Below, one piece after another: positions 21,289-31,133 of a stretch of 64,000 nt of DNA. Numbering within the stretch: the first letter of the stretch is position 1; each line of letters starts with the position of its first letter. Under the pieces are notes generated by a model, which was not told where the DNA came from, did no database searches, and saw only the letters and a list, made by a program, of their open reading frames with translations. Both the position numbers and the translations under genes were made by a program. Origin of the DNA: an uncultured Verrucomicrobiae bacterium (GTDB lineage Bacteria > Verrucomicrobiota > Verrucomicrobiia > Limisphaerales > Palsa-1400); the NCBI GenBank assembly GCA_963707025.1, contig CAVPOM010000005.1:384001-448000 (forward strand), read 5' to 3'.

Positions 21289-22871
21289 TCCGCATACCCG
21301 AAGGCCCGGCAGTACGGAGCCAGCGCGGCCTGGAGCGGCGCCAGCGCCTCCGCGTAATGTTCCCAGCGCCGCACGGCCCGTTGATAGACCGGCTGGGTCA
21401 CGTCGTGGTAGGTCGGCGCAAAGACGAATTTTTGCCGCGCCGTCTCGTAATACTTCGCCTGCGCCTCATGCCACGGCAGGCCCAGGAAATCCGTCAGCCG
21501 CCGCCCCTCCGCTTCCAAATTATTGACCACGTCTTCATAGCGCGTTTCCATCCACGCGAAGCCGCCCAGATCGCGCAGGCGCAGCCACCCATCCATGCAG
21601 TCGGCATAGAATTTGGCCGTCCGGCTGAGGCTGAGAAAATTGGCGTTCACGGCGGTCAGGGTGAGATTCTGGAAAAAGCAACTGATGACGAGGTCCCGCG
21701 GATCACGCAAGGTGATGATTATTTTCGAGGCGGGCAGGAGCCGCAGCCAGACATGGAGCGAGGCGGTCAGGGAGGGATTCTTGTCCAGCAGCAAACTGCC
21801 GCCCGGCCCGTCCTCCCTCTCGCGCAAGAGGCTTTTGCAGTAGCGCCGGAGCAAAGCGGCCCGCGCGGACGAACCCAGCGCGTTCAAGGATTTCAAGCTC
21901 AGCGCCCTGGCCGGCGGCATGGGCGCCAGGGTGTTCAACACCTCCTGCGCGAAGGATTCCGGTTCGTCAAATACCAGAATCCGCGGGTGCGCGCCCAGAA
22001 CTTGTTCAATCAAAGTCGTGCCGCTGCGCGGCGGGCCGCCCAGAAAAGCCAGTGGATACGGGCAGGGGGCGGTGGCCGCTTCCTCGCGCCAGCGCCGGAG
22101 GCTCTCCGGCGTCAAGGCCGCCAGCAGCTCCCGCCGCGCGCCGGCCATCTTGTCGTATATTTTTTCCAGCGAGGCTGTGTCCGCCAGTTGCCGGGCCAGC
22201 GCCTTGGCGCCGCCCAGAAAACGCAGCGCCTCCGCGTATTGCCCGGTGGCGTCCAGCACGACGCCGAGCAGATGGCCGGCCGAGATTTCCACGTTCGGGT
22301 CCGGCGGATTGCTTTTCAGCAAATCGCGCAAGGCCGTCTCCGCTTCCCCGTTGCGTCCGGCGCGATGCCGGAGAAAGGCGAGAAAATAGAGGGCCCGCGC
22401 GTCCGTCGGATGCTGTCGCAGGCAGAGCTCGACACACTCGAGCGCCTGGTCCAGCCGCCGGTCCCTTTCCAGCCAGGCGGCCAGGCTGAGGCGCGCATGA
22501 ACGGAGGAAGGGTCCGCCGCCACCGCCTGGGCGAAGCAGGCGGAGGCCTCCTCCAGGCGGCGCAGCCGATGGTATTGTTGACCGATGGCCACCAGCAAAG
22601 TGGCATCGGCGCCGGCCAGGGCCGCGGCCCGCCCGCAGGCCTGCCGCGCCAGGGCGAAATCCAGTTCCCCCGCGCCCGCGATGCCCAACTCCAGCCAGAG
22701 GCCGGCCACGCCCGGAAATAATTTGACCAGGTTGCGGTAAGCGTGCAAAGCGGCGGCCGGACGGCCCTGGATGAGATTTTGTTGCGCCGCCTGCCAGGAA
22801 GCCACGGCATGGGGCTGGCGCTGCAATTTTGCCAGATCGTCCAGCGGGCCGCCTTTGGCGCTTTCTGTCAT
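21285..22871 (-). CDS. TPR-containing sulfotransferase family protein
   Basis: N-terminal TPR-like helices; PAPS-binding GGPPRSGTTLIEQVL, DKNP, RDPRD..IS and RYED. Confidence 0.9.
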   Translation of the reverse strand: MTESAKGGPLDDLAKLQRQPHAVASWQAAQQNLIQGRPAAALHAYRNLVKLFPGVAGLWLELGIAGAGELDFALARQACGRAAALAGADATLLVAIGQQYHRLRRLEEASACFAQAVAADPSSVHARLSLAAWLERDRRLDQALECVELCLRQHPTDARALYFLAFLRHRAGRNGEAETALRDLLKSNPPDPNVEISAGHLLGVVLDATGQYAEALRFLGGAKALARQLADTASLEKIYDKMAGARRELLAALTPESLRRWREEAATAPCPYPLAFLGGPPRSGTTLIEQVLGAHPRILVFDEPESFAQEVLNTLAPMPPARALSLKSLNALGSSARAALLRRYCKSLLREREDGPGGSLLLDKNPSLTASLHVWLRLLPASKIIITLRDPRDLVISCFFQNLTLTAVNANFLSLSRTAKFYADCMDGWLRLRDLGGFAWMETRYEDVVNNLEAEGRRLTDFLGLPWHEAQAKYYETARQKFVFAPTYHDVTQPVYQRAVRRWEHYAEALAPLQAALAPYCRAFGYAD

Positions 22872-22946
22872 GAGACGCAGTTGTTTTGGAGACTTGTAAG
22901 GTTTTCCCCGGCGGCGGTCAAGGGAAGCCTGGCGGAGCCTTGCTCC

Positions 22947-23033
22947 CTTTTTCCACAGTTCCCACGCAGGGACGCCGTGCTGCGGCCTCCGCCTGGGCGC
23001 AGCGCCGGCCCCGCCAAAAACCGGGATGCGCCC
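22947..23033. repeat. Dispersed ~90-bp REP/MITE-like element, family B, copy 1
   Basis: Aligns by eye with 51748-51835 (TTTTT..ACAGTTCCCA..GGGAC..TGCGGC.TCC..GGCGCAGCGCCG..AAAAAC.G.GATG.GCCC). Confidence 0.7.
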
Positions 23034-23144
23034 AGCCGCGCGTTGCCTGTCGTATTTGCCTTGAGTTGCAAGGCCGGCGGAGTCAAGATTTCGGCGGTGG
23101 GGATGAAGTTGGTGTTCCTGTCACCCGATGAAATTATGCCAAAG

Positions 23145-23534
23145 ATGAAAAAGATTTTAATCCTGCTCGTGTTGCCGCTGGCGCTGGCCGGCTGCAGTTC
23201 TTCCATCATCAATTTGACGCCCAGCCGCCTGGCCCGAAACAGTGACGGCACTTACCGGGTGGAAGCGGCCTGGCGGACCCGCGAACAGACCATCCGCCCG
23301 GAGACCATCATGCCTTGTGTGATGGTGGGATTCGAGAAATACGAGATGAGCCCGGAGTTGGTGGTGAGGGATCGCTGGGAGACGTTTCTCCCGGTGCCGG
23401 CGGACCAAAAACTGGTGCATTACCGGTTCAGATTCGATTTCTCCCGCAACGCCATTCCCACGCCGGTGGACGACAGCAAGATGTCGCAGGAATTCAGCCT
23501 GGAAATTGTGGACAAGGCGGCGGCGGCAAAATAG
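23145..23534 (+). CDS. Hypothetical lipoprotein
   Basis: MKKILILLVLPLALAGC lipobox followed by a beta-rich domain. Confidence 0.75.
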   Translation: MKKILILLVLPLALAGCSSSIINLTPSRLARNSDGTYRVEAAWRTREQTIRPETIMPCVMVGFEKYEMSPELVVRDRWETFLPVPADQKLVHYRFRFDFSRNAIPTPVDDSKMSQEFSLEIVDKAAAAK

Positions 23535-23616
23535 GCAGGGGCGCAGGAGCGGCGGGCAGCGCAGTGCCCGCCCCGCCGTGGATGCCCAAGCCAGGAAGGA
23601 TGGCCTGCGCCCCGGA

Positions 23617-24801
23617 TCATTTGGATTTTTCCCAGGCGGCTTCGAATAACCTGGCAAAATCAGCGGCGGCGACGGGGCGCGGATTAAAGGAGGCGGTCCA
23701 CTGGCGGGCGGCTTCACGCGCCAGCACGGGGATGCTGGATTGGGTCACGCCGCATTGGGAGAGGGAGCGCGGCAGGCCGGCCAGGTCGAGCCAGGATTCC
23801 AGTTGCCCGGCCAGTTGATCGGCGTTGGACGAATCCAGGCTGGCATAGAGGCGGGCGGCGGCGGGGTTGCGGCCGTTGAAGCGCAGGACATGGGGCAGCA
23901 TCAGGCCGATGGCCTGGCCATGCACGAGCTTGAAATGAGCGGACAACGGGTTGGCCGCCGCATGGGCCGCCCCCAACATGCTGTTCTCAATAGCCAGGCC
24001 GGCCAGGGCCGCCCCGAGCAACATGCCGGCGCGCGCGTCCACATCCTCCGGTCGTTTCAGCACCCGCGGGAAACTGGACCAGCAAAGGCGGAAGGCCTGG
24101 CGCGAATAGGCCAGGGAAATGGGATTGCGCGGTTTGGTCACGGCCGTTTCCAAGGCGTGGCTGATGGCGTCCAGGCCGGTGCAGGCCGCGACACGGGGCG
24201 GTTGGGAGAGGGTGAGGAGAGGATCGAGAATGGCGATGCGGGCGGCGGCTTTGGCATCGCCGCATGCCATTTTTTGATGGGTGGTTTCATCCGCAATCAG
24301 GGCGAAGGACTGGCATTCGCTGCCGGTGCCGGCGGTGGTGGGAATGGCGATCAAGGGAAGCATCGGCCGGGCCGCTTTGCCCACGCCCCAATAGTCCTGC
24401 ATGCGGCCGCCGTTGGTCAGGAGGAAATTGCAGCCTTTGGCCGTGTCCAGGCTGCTGCCCCCGCCTAGCCCGAGGAAACCGTCAATGCCGGCGGCGCGGG
24501 CGGCGGCCAGACAGACGGCCACGTCGCCGGTGGCGGGGTTCTCCCGCACTTTGTCAAACAAAACTGTTTTGACGCCCGCCGCCTGCAAGGAACGGCGGAC
24601 CCGCTCCATGTGGCCGGCGGCGACGACGCCGGCGTCGGTGACCAGGAGGACTTTTTTCAGGCCAATTTGGCGGGCCAGTTCGCCGGCGCGTTGCGCCATG
24701 TTGCGGCCGAAGACGATCCGCGTGCGGGGCTGGTGATCGAAGGGGGCGAAGACGGCGCTGGCCGCGCGGCGGTTCCTGGGTTTGGCGGGGCGGTGGTTCA
24801 T
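23617..24801 (-). CDS. Iron-containing alcohol dehydrogenase
   Basis: GGGSSLDTAK, PTTAGTGSE, GLDAISHALE, GAAHAAAN and HGQAI; overlaps the upstream ALDH-like gene by 4 nt. Confidence 0.93.
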   Translation of the reverse strand: MNHRPAKPRNRRAASAVFAPFDHQPRTRIVFGRNMAQRAGELARQIGLKKVLLVTDAGVVAAGHMERVRRSLQAAGVKTVLFDKVRENPATGDVAVCLAAARAAGIDGFLGLGGGSSLDTAKGCNFLLTNGGRMQDYWGVGKAARPMLPLIAIPTTAGTGSECQSFALIADETTHQKMACGDAKAAARIAILDPLLTLSQPPRVAACTGLDAISHALETAVTKPRNPISLAYSRQAFRLCWSSFPRVLKRPEDVDARAGMLLGAALAGLAIENSMLGAAHAAANPLSAHFKLVHGQAIGLMLPHVLRFNGRNPAAARLYASLDSSNADQLAGQLESWLDLAGLPRSLSQCGVTQSSIPVLAREAARQWTASFNPRPVAAADFARLFEAAWEKSK

Positions 24802-26228
24802 GCGGCAATGTCCAGAGAGCGCCGTTTGCAGAGGAACTCAAACAAGTTGCCTTCGTGCGGCTGGTCCCAGGAGATGTTGAGGGTGGAGATCGGGCCCAGA
24901 TTCAGCCGTTCGATGAGGGGCGACTCCAAAAGTTGTTCGATGAAGGCCGGGTCTTTGGTGATGGCGGTGACCGCCAGCGACGGCCCGATGTGCCGGAGCA
25001 TCTCCGCCTGGGCCACGGTCACAACGCTGGCGTAGGGGCAAAGAAATTCGCGGTTGGCCAGGGGATGGGCGAAGGAATCGCACAGCACGATGGTGGGCCG
25101 CAAATAGGCTGCGCCTTCGAACCGGACCTGGCGCGGGCCGGCGCGAAAGGCGGCGGTGAGGTCGCTCGCCCCCGGCGTTTTCAGACCCTCTTCAATGCTG
25201 GCGTCAATCAACTCAGCCATTTTCCGATTGGCGAAGCCGGCCAGCCGGGCCTGCTCGTCGCTGGCGGAGCGCGGCGCAACGGGACCGAGTTTTTCGGCCA
25301 GGGCGCGGCCGATTTCGGCGGCATGGCGCGGCACCACCACCGCCGACACGTTGATGCAACTGCGTCCGCCGTTGTCGGAAATGGTGGAGACGATCAAATC
25401 AATGAAGTCGGGCCAGCGCTCGATTTCGTCCTCGCCAATGAGAATTTTGCTGCAGCCAGGCCCGTGAATTTGGATGGCGGGATTGCCGGCGTAACCGGCC
25501 GTGGTGCTTTGCTCGCCGAAAAGAAGGGCGCGTCCGCAGCCGCGCAAAATCTCGGCCGCCCCCTCGTGATCGGTGGGATAGAAGCCAAACGCCTCCGCCG
25601 GACAACCCGCCGCGACAAAAGCCTGGATCAGGCGCCAAGGCGTCCACGGCTCCTCCCGGCCCGGTTTGATGACGACGGGGATTTTCAGCGGGATGGCGGG
25701 CAGCCAGAGGGAGTTGACGGCGGGGGAATTGCTGGGCATGACCAGGCCGAGGCACTGGGTGGCCGGATAAAAACTGAGGCGGGCGCCGAATTGCTCGCGC
25801 ACGGCGCCGTCGAGCACGGCCGGGTCCAGCCCGCGGGTCAAACCGTTCAGGACGGTTTTCATGTTGACAAGCGCGCCGTGAATTTTCGCCATGTTGCGGC
25901 GCACCATGACCTGGGGCAAACCGCTTGTGGCGGAAAGCGTCTCGATGTATTGCGGCGGCGACTGGGTTTCGACCGGGCCGCCCAGCGGGAGAGTGCCGTG
26001 GAGAAATTGTTCCCCGGCGCCGGCGCAAATTTCCATCAACTGCCCCGTGGAAAATTTCTTCAAGGCGGCGCGCGATTCGGAAAATTTCGCCAAATCCTTG
26101 CGGATGATTCCGGCGTTGACCTGGCTGACGGTGGCCAGGACGGCGCCGGTGCGGTAGTCGGTGACGCTGGACTTTTCCAGGCTTTCGTAAGGGCGCCCGC
26201 GGCGAAGAGCTGGGAGGTGGGAGGGCAT
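24798..26228 (-). CDS. Aldehyde dehydrogenase-fold acyl reductase (GriD/EhpG-like)
   Basis: VMPSNSPAVNSLW, KPGREEP, HGPGCSK, putative catalytic Cys in NGGRSCINVS, and PHEGNLFEFL. Confidence 0.8.
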   Translation of the reverse strand: MPSHLPALRRGRPYESLEKSSVTDYRTGAVLATVSQVNAGIIRKDLAKFSESRAALKKFSTGQLMEICAGAGEQFLHGTLPLGGPVETQSPPQYIETLSATSGLPQVMVRRNMAKIHGALVNMKTVLNGLTRGLDPAVLDGAVREQFGARLSFYPATQCLGLVMPSNSPAVNSLWLPAIPLKIPVVIKPGREEPWTPWRLIQAFVAAGCPAEAFGFYPTDHEGAAEILRGCGRALLFGEQSTTAGYAGNPAIQIHGPGCSKILIGEDEIERWPDFIDLIVSTISDNGGRSCINVSAVVVPRHAAEIGRALAEKLGPVAPRSASDEQARLAGFANRKMAELIDASIEEGLKTPGASDLTAAFRAGPRQVRFEGAAYLRPTIVLCDSFAHPLANREFLCPYASVVTVAQAEMLRHIGPSLAVTAITKDPAFIEQLLESPLIERLNLGPISTLNISWDQPHEGNLFEFLCKRRSLDIAA

Positions 26229-26288
26229 GGAGGATCAGAAAAAAGCGGCCGATTGCAAACCGCGGCTGCCAATGCTATAACAAATAAC

Positions 26289-26522
26289 ATGACAATTGAA
26301 GCCGTCAGAAAGTATTACGACGCCCAGCCTTTCACGCCGTTTGAGATTCATTTGGCCGATGGCCGGGTATTCCCGGTCGCGCATCGAGAGTTCCTCGCCT
26401 TGGGGGCGACAGGGCGGACGGTGGCTGTCACTCAACCGGGCGAAGATGCCTTCGATATTCTCGATGTCAGGCTGGTGACTGGTTTGCATGTGAAGTCTGG
26501 CAGCGCCATGAATGGCGGGTAA
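26289..26522 (+). CDS. Small conserved hypothetical protein (77 aa), antisense within the operon
   Basis: MTIEAVRKYYDAQPFTPFEIHLADGRVFPVAHREFL resembles a small family common in PVC genomes; AT-rich upstream stretch includes TATAAC. Confidence 0.7.
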   Translation: MTIEAVRKYYDAQPFTPFEIHLADGRVFPVAHREFLALGATGRTVAVTQPGEDAFDILDVRLVTGLHVKSGSAMNGG

Positions 26523-26537
26523 CGGCTCGCGAGCTTG

Positions 26538-27624
26538 CTAATAGACGCCTTCCACGATGGTCTTCTCCATGGCCCCGAAGGGGCGCACTTCGGCCACGCC
26601 ATCCCAGGCATACGGTGGGCGCGGCTCGCGCCGCAATGGCCTCGTCGCGCTCCAGAAAACGCGGCAGGAAAAATTCGCGCGTCAGCGTGGTCAGTTCAAC
26701 CCGGCCCCATTGTCCATACGGAACGACCTGAGCGGTGTCCTCGGGATTGACCACGCGCAAGCACGGCGCGCGGCTGCGGGGCATAATAGGTGATGGAGAA
26801 ATTGTCTTCCGGGCGCAACGGAACGCTGGCGGCCAGGCCCATCAGCGTGTTGCCGTAAGTCGGATAAAAGCCGATGTGGCTTTCCAAAACCTCCTCCACA
26901 AGGTAAGCGGACATATTGCGGCGCCATGGTCGTGCCGCCGCAAAACACGCCGCGGATGCCCGCTTCCCGCAAATCAATTCTTTCGCCGATGGCCTCGAGC
27001 AATTTGGGCGTGGTGAAAAGCCCGCTGATCTTTGCGGTGTTTCAGAATCATCACCGCCTGGTCCACAACGTGGTCCATGTAGGCGCGGGCCTGGTCGGCT
27101 TTTTTTTCGCCCAGGACCTTCTTGACCCAGCGCGGGTCGAGGTCAATAAAGTAGCACGGACTGCCGCGGAAATTGGCCAGGTGCTCGATGGCCAGGCGCA
27201 GGCGGCGCGGGCCGGTCGGGCCGACCATCAGCCAGGCGCCGCCGCGCGGGAAATGCGCGTCGGAGATTTTGGCGGAGAATTCCTCGTAATCGGTCTTGTA
27301 ATCATCCCAGCCGATGCGTTGTTTGGGCATGCCGGTGGTGCCGCCGGTTTCAAAGATGTTGAAGGGGCGGCCCTTGAATTTTTCGGGCACCCAGACTTCG
27401 GGCTGCAAGATCGCGCAGCCATTCGTCCTGGAAATGGGGAAACGCGCTGGAGATCGGCGAAGACCTTTGATCGCCGGCGGCGGGTCCCAGCCGGCCTTGC
27501 TGGCCCAATCCAGCCAGAAGGGGCAGCCGGTGTCGGGCGAGAAATGCCATGCGATGATCTCGCGCACGTGGGCGTCGAGCGCTTGGCGGGCGGATTGGAC
27601 GGCGGTGGAATCAACAGAAGGCAT
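26538..27624 (-). CDS. EhpF/GriC-like AMP-forming (ANL-like) enzyme, broken by about 6-7 small frameshifts
   Basis: Reassembled from several frames: WHFSPDTGCPFWLD...FETGGTTGMPK...GPTGPRRL...IDLDPRWVKK...FTTPKLLE...GGT...PTYGNTLMG...YYAPQPRAVL...GRVELTTLT..FFLPRFLERD...WDGVAEVRPF...VEGVY-stop. Confidence 0.75.
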
Positions 27625-27632
27625 GGTTTAAA

Positions 27633-29215
27633 TCAAGTGGCCGTCGGGAAAGCGGTGGTGGCAAAGTATTTGTCAATGGTGGCCCGGCAGGGCGGAGGGG
27701 TGACCAGGGAAACCAGGAGCATGCAGAGGGCGGAGCCCAACACCATCGGCACGACGGTCATGAAGCCGTTGCAAAAAGCCACCTCGCCGGTGGGGTTGAG
27801 AAAAAAGACCTTCAGGGCATCGTTGCCCGCGCCCATCTGCCACAGAATGTCCCCGGCTTTGTGCGTGGATTGCATCAGGGCCGTCCACACCAGGAAGCCG
27901 GCGACAAACAAGGTCGCGGCCAGGGCGCCCCATTTGGTGCTGCGTTTCCAGAACAGCGCGGCGACCATGACGGGGGCCATGGCCGCGAAACCGGAAAAGG
28001 CGTAGCGGACCGCGATTTCAAAGATGCCCTGCTTCTCCTTGAGCCGCAGCGCGACGAAGTAGGCGATGACCGTGACCACCACGATAAAGCCGCGCGCAAA
28101 ATGAACGGCGCGGCTGCTCGCCATATCTTTCCCGGCCGCCGTAATGGGCGAACACGTCCTTGGTGAACATGGTGCTCATGGCCAGGACCTGGTGGGCGTC
28201 CGAACCCATCACCGCCGAAATGATGCCCGCGCCCAGCATGCCGGCCAGCCAGACCGGCGCAGTAGTCGTGCAGCAAACGCAGCAGGATCCGTCGGGATCG
28301 GGAATTTTGCCCAGCGCCGCGAAGCCCAAGCACCCCGAGAAAAACGCAGGGCAGCCAGATGACCATGATGGCAAGGGGATAGGCGACGACCGTGCGCTTG
28401 AAGGCGGTCACGCGCCGGGCGGAAAAGCACATGATGGCCATGTGCGGAAACATGATGGAGGAGAGCGGGATCAGGGTGTAGCTCCAAAAGGCTTGGGGCG
28501 GCATCTTCTCGCGGGTGACGAGGAACCGGCTTTTTGGATCGCCCGCCAGCTTGCCGATGTAATCGCCAAAGCCGAGCGGCAGGGCGTGGCTGATGACCGC
28601 CACCGCGACGGCACCAAAACAGAGGAAGAGAATGGTTTGAAAAATGTTGACCCAGACGGTCCCGCGCATCCCGCCGAAAAACACATTGGCCGTCACCACC
28701 ACCGCCACGATGGCGCAGCCGAAGGGGTAGGAAATCAGCGAATGATGGGTGTCCGCGTTTAGCGAGATGCCTGCCAGGACAGTGCCGCCGCCCATGATGC
28801 TGATGATCATGTAAGGAACGAGCATGGCGGCGCTCAACGCAAAAATGACCGTGCCGATGTGGTTGCATTCCCAACGGTCGCGGAAAAAGGAAACCTGGGT
28901 CTGGTGGCCGAATTTTTTGCCCAGCGCCCACAGCCGCGTGCCGATGAAGAAAATGGTCAGCGGGATGACGAGGCCGGAGGAAGAGGCCATCAATCCATAG
29001 ATGCCGATGCCCTGCCGGTAGGCCTGCCCGGAGCTGCCGAGAATGGCGAAGGCGGTCATGTTGGTGGCGAAGAGGGAGAGAAAAAAAACCATCGAGCCGA
29101 CCGAGCGGCTGGCCAGGAAAAAATCCTCGGTGTTGTCCTTGCCGCGTCGGTAGGCGATGCTGCCGATGAAGGCGATGACCGCCAGGTAAACGAAGATGAC
29201 GATGACCGGAATCAT
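27633..29215 (-). CDS. Sodium:solute symporter family protein with several frameshifts at ~28100-28330
   Basis: [50 protein letters not shown] and [12 protein letters not shown]; about 13 hydrophobic segments. Confidence 0.85.
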
Positions 29216-29454
29216 GAACGAGTAACGGAGTCCGCCTCCGCGCCCGTGTTTTCTTCCGCCTCAAGATGCTTTGGCCAGGCAAACTTGACCAGCACGGCCA
29301 TCAGCACGGCGCAGACCACCGAGTAGCCGGCGTGGTAGGCCAGGCCGGTCGGGAGAAAGCCGAAGACCAGCGGTTCGGCTTTCTTCCAATTCCAGAGGTC
29401 CTGGTGCGCCACATAGACCAGCGCAATAAGGAGGAACAAGAGGAGTTTCTTCAT
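29212..29454 (-). CDS. DUF3311-like small two-TM partner of the symporter
   Basis: HQDLWNW...LVFGFLPTGLAYHAGYS...AWP; overlaps both neighbours by 4 nt. Confidence 0.8.
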   Translation of the reverse strand: MKKLLLFLLIALVYVAHQDLWNWKKAEPLVFGFLPTGLAYHAGYSVVCAVLMAVLVKFAWPKHLEAEENTGAEADSVTRS

Positions 29455-31124
29455 TTGTTGGCGGGGTTCAAATCCAGGTTCATGGCCGGTTTCTGATCGC
29501 TCAGGAACGGCGTCTTGTCGTGATTGTAGAAGGCGAAAAGGTGGGTGTTGGAATGGACGTAAAGAACGCCATTGGCCACAATGGGAGTGGAATAGATGGG
29601 GGCGCCGAGGTTGACCAGGCTCAGGATTTTCTTCTCCTTGCTGGCGGCGAAGACGACAAAGTCGCCGTCTTCATCCCCGCAATAGACCTTGCCGTCGGCC
29701 ACCAGAGTGGATCCCCACATGTGCGATTTCATGTCATGCTGCCAATACAGCTGGCCGGTGTCGGCGTCGAAACAATGGACGAAGCCGGAGAAATCGCCCA
29801 CGAACAACAGCCCGTCGGGGGTGATGCCGACGGTGGAAAGACTGCGGTGGATTTTGTCGTAGCTCCAGATTTTGGCGGTTTTGGTGACATCGCCCGTTTT
29901 GGTGGCGTCAATGCAAGAGATATTGCCGACGCCTTCGCCGTGTTCGGGGTCCTGGCCGACGGCGACGTAAACGCGGTTGTGCCAGAACACCGGGGTGGCG
30001 TTGATTTCGCTCGGGCCGTCCGGAGCCGGGTATTTGTGGGCGGGATCGTTGGCCCGGCGTTCGGGGGGATTGCAGTCGAACCACCAGACTTTTTTCATGT
30101 AATCGGTGTCTTTGTCCTCGAAACGATTGACGGGGGGGCCGGGCACGACCGGGACGATGGGCGCGCCCGTTCCTTTTTCGGGCGTGGCGTTGAAGGCGTA
30201 GCAGATGCCGTCGCCCCCGCCGAAGAAGATCAATTGTTTGCCGTTGACCACGCCGGTGGAGGGGGAAGTCCATTGCCCGTGGAAAATGCGCGGGCCGATG
30301 CCGGCGTTGTCCTCCGCCACCAGCTTGCCGGTTTTTTTGTTGAGCACGATGTAGCTGGGAGAGAAGGGCGAGGGAATGTTGACATGCCCCCAATCCTGGC
30401 CGTTGGAGGTGCAGGCATAAATGTTATCGCCCACGATAAGCAGCGAGCAATTGGAGGCGTTGTGCGGAAAGACGCCCAATTCATCCATCATATCGTAGCG
30501 CCAAATGATGTCGGCGTCGCGCGGGCCGATCTTGGCCGGCGGGTTGCCCGGCCCGGCCACGTATTGGGCTTCGGCGGTGAAAGGGCCTTCATTTTTGCCC
30601 GAAGCCATGCCGTCGGTGCTCAGGCAGATGACTTCGCAACGGCTGGTGACCAGATATACCCGGTTTCCCTCCACGCAGGGCGAGGAGAGCAGGCCCAGGT
30701 TTTCCCAGTCGTTGACCTTGCCGGAGGCCAGTTTGGGAACGACCAACTGCCAGAGAAAGTCCCCGGTCTTTTCATCGAAGCACATCAGGATGCTGCGGTC
30801 GCCCTGGTGCTGCGGGTCGCGCGGATTTTCGTTGTTGGTGCCGATGAAGACCTTGCCGCCGGCCACCACCACGTTGCCGTAACTTTGCGAGCCGACCTTG
30901 GCGATCCACTTGACGTTGGGGAGGTTGTTCGTCTGGATTTCCTCCGTGCCGGGCTTGAACTTGACACTGGCCTTGTTGGTGCTGGCGAAGTGGTCGGGCA
31001 GGCCGGTTTCCGGCGAATACATGTTGCGCCCCGGATCGTTGCCGCCCCAGCGGGGCCAGTCGGCCGCGGGGGAAACCAGGCCGCACAGGGCCAGCGCCGC
31101 GGAGAGAGTGGAGAATTTTTTCAT
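29451..31124 (-). CDS. Secreted PQQ-binding-like beta-propeller protein
   Basis: Signal peptide followed by DWPRWGG; repeated blades (KTGDFLW, DTGQLYW, STPIVANGVLY). Confidence 0.88.
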   Translation of the reverse strand: MKKFSTLSAALALCGLVSPAADWPRWGGNDPGRNMYSPETGLPDHFASTNKASVKFKPGTEEIQTNNLPNVKWIAKVGSQSYGNVVVAGGKVFIGTNNENPRDPQHQGDRSILMCFDEKTGDFLWQLVVPKLASGKVNDWENLGLLSSPCVEGNRVYLVTSRCEVICLSTDGMASGKNEGPFTAEAQYVAGPGNPPAKIGPRDADIIWRYDMMDELGVFPHNASNCSLLIVGDNIYACTSNGQDWGHVNIPSPFSPSYIVLNKKTGKLVAEDNAGIGPRIFHGQWTSPSTGVVNGKQLIFFGGGDGICYAFNATPEKGTGAPIVPVVPGPPVNRFEDKDTDYMKKVWWFDCNPPERRANDPAHKYPAPDGPSEINATPVFWHNRVYVAVGQDPEHGEGVGNISCIDATKTGDVTKTAKIWSYDKIHRSLSTVGITPDGLLFVGDFSGFVHCFDADTGQLYWQHDMKSHMWGSTLVADGKVYCGDEDGDFVVFAASKEKKILSLVNLGAPIYSTPIVANGVLYVHSNTHLFAFYNHDKTPFLSDQKPAMNLDLNPANK

Positions 31125-31133
31125 GGGTTTCGA

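Noticed and set aside
24798..27624. Bioluminescence luxC/luxE or phenazine biosynthesis cluster
   Set aside because: No luxAB/luxD or phz core genes in the window; motifs fit the GriC/GriD-EhpF type better.
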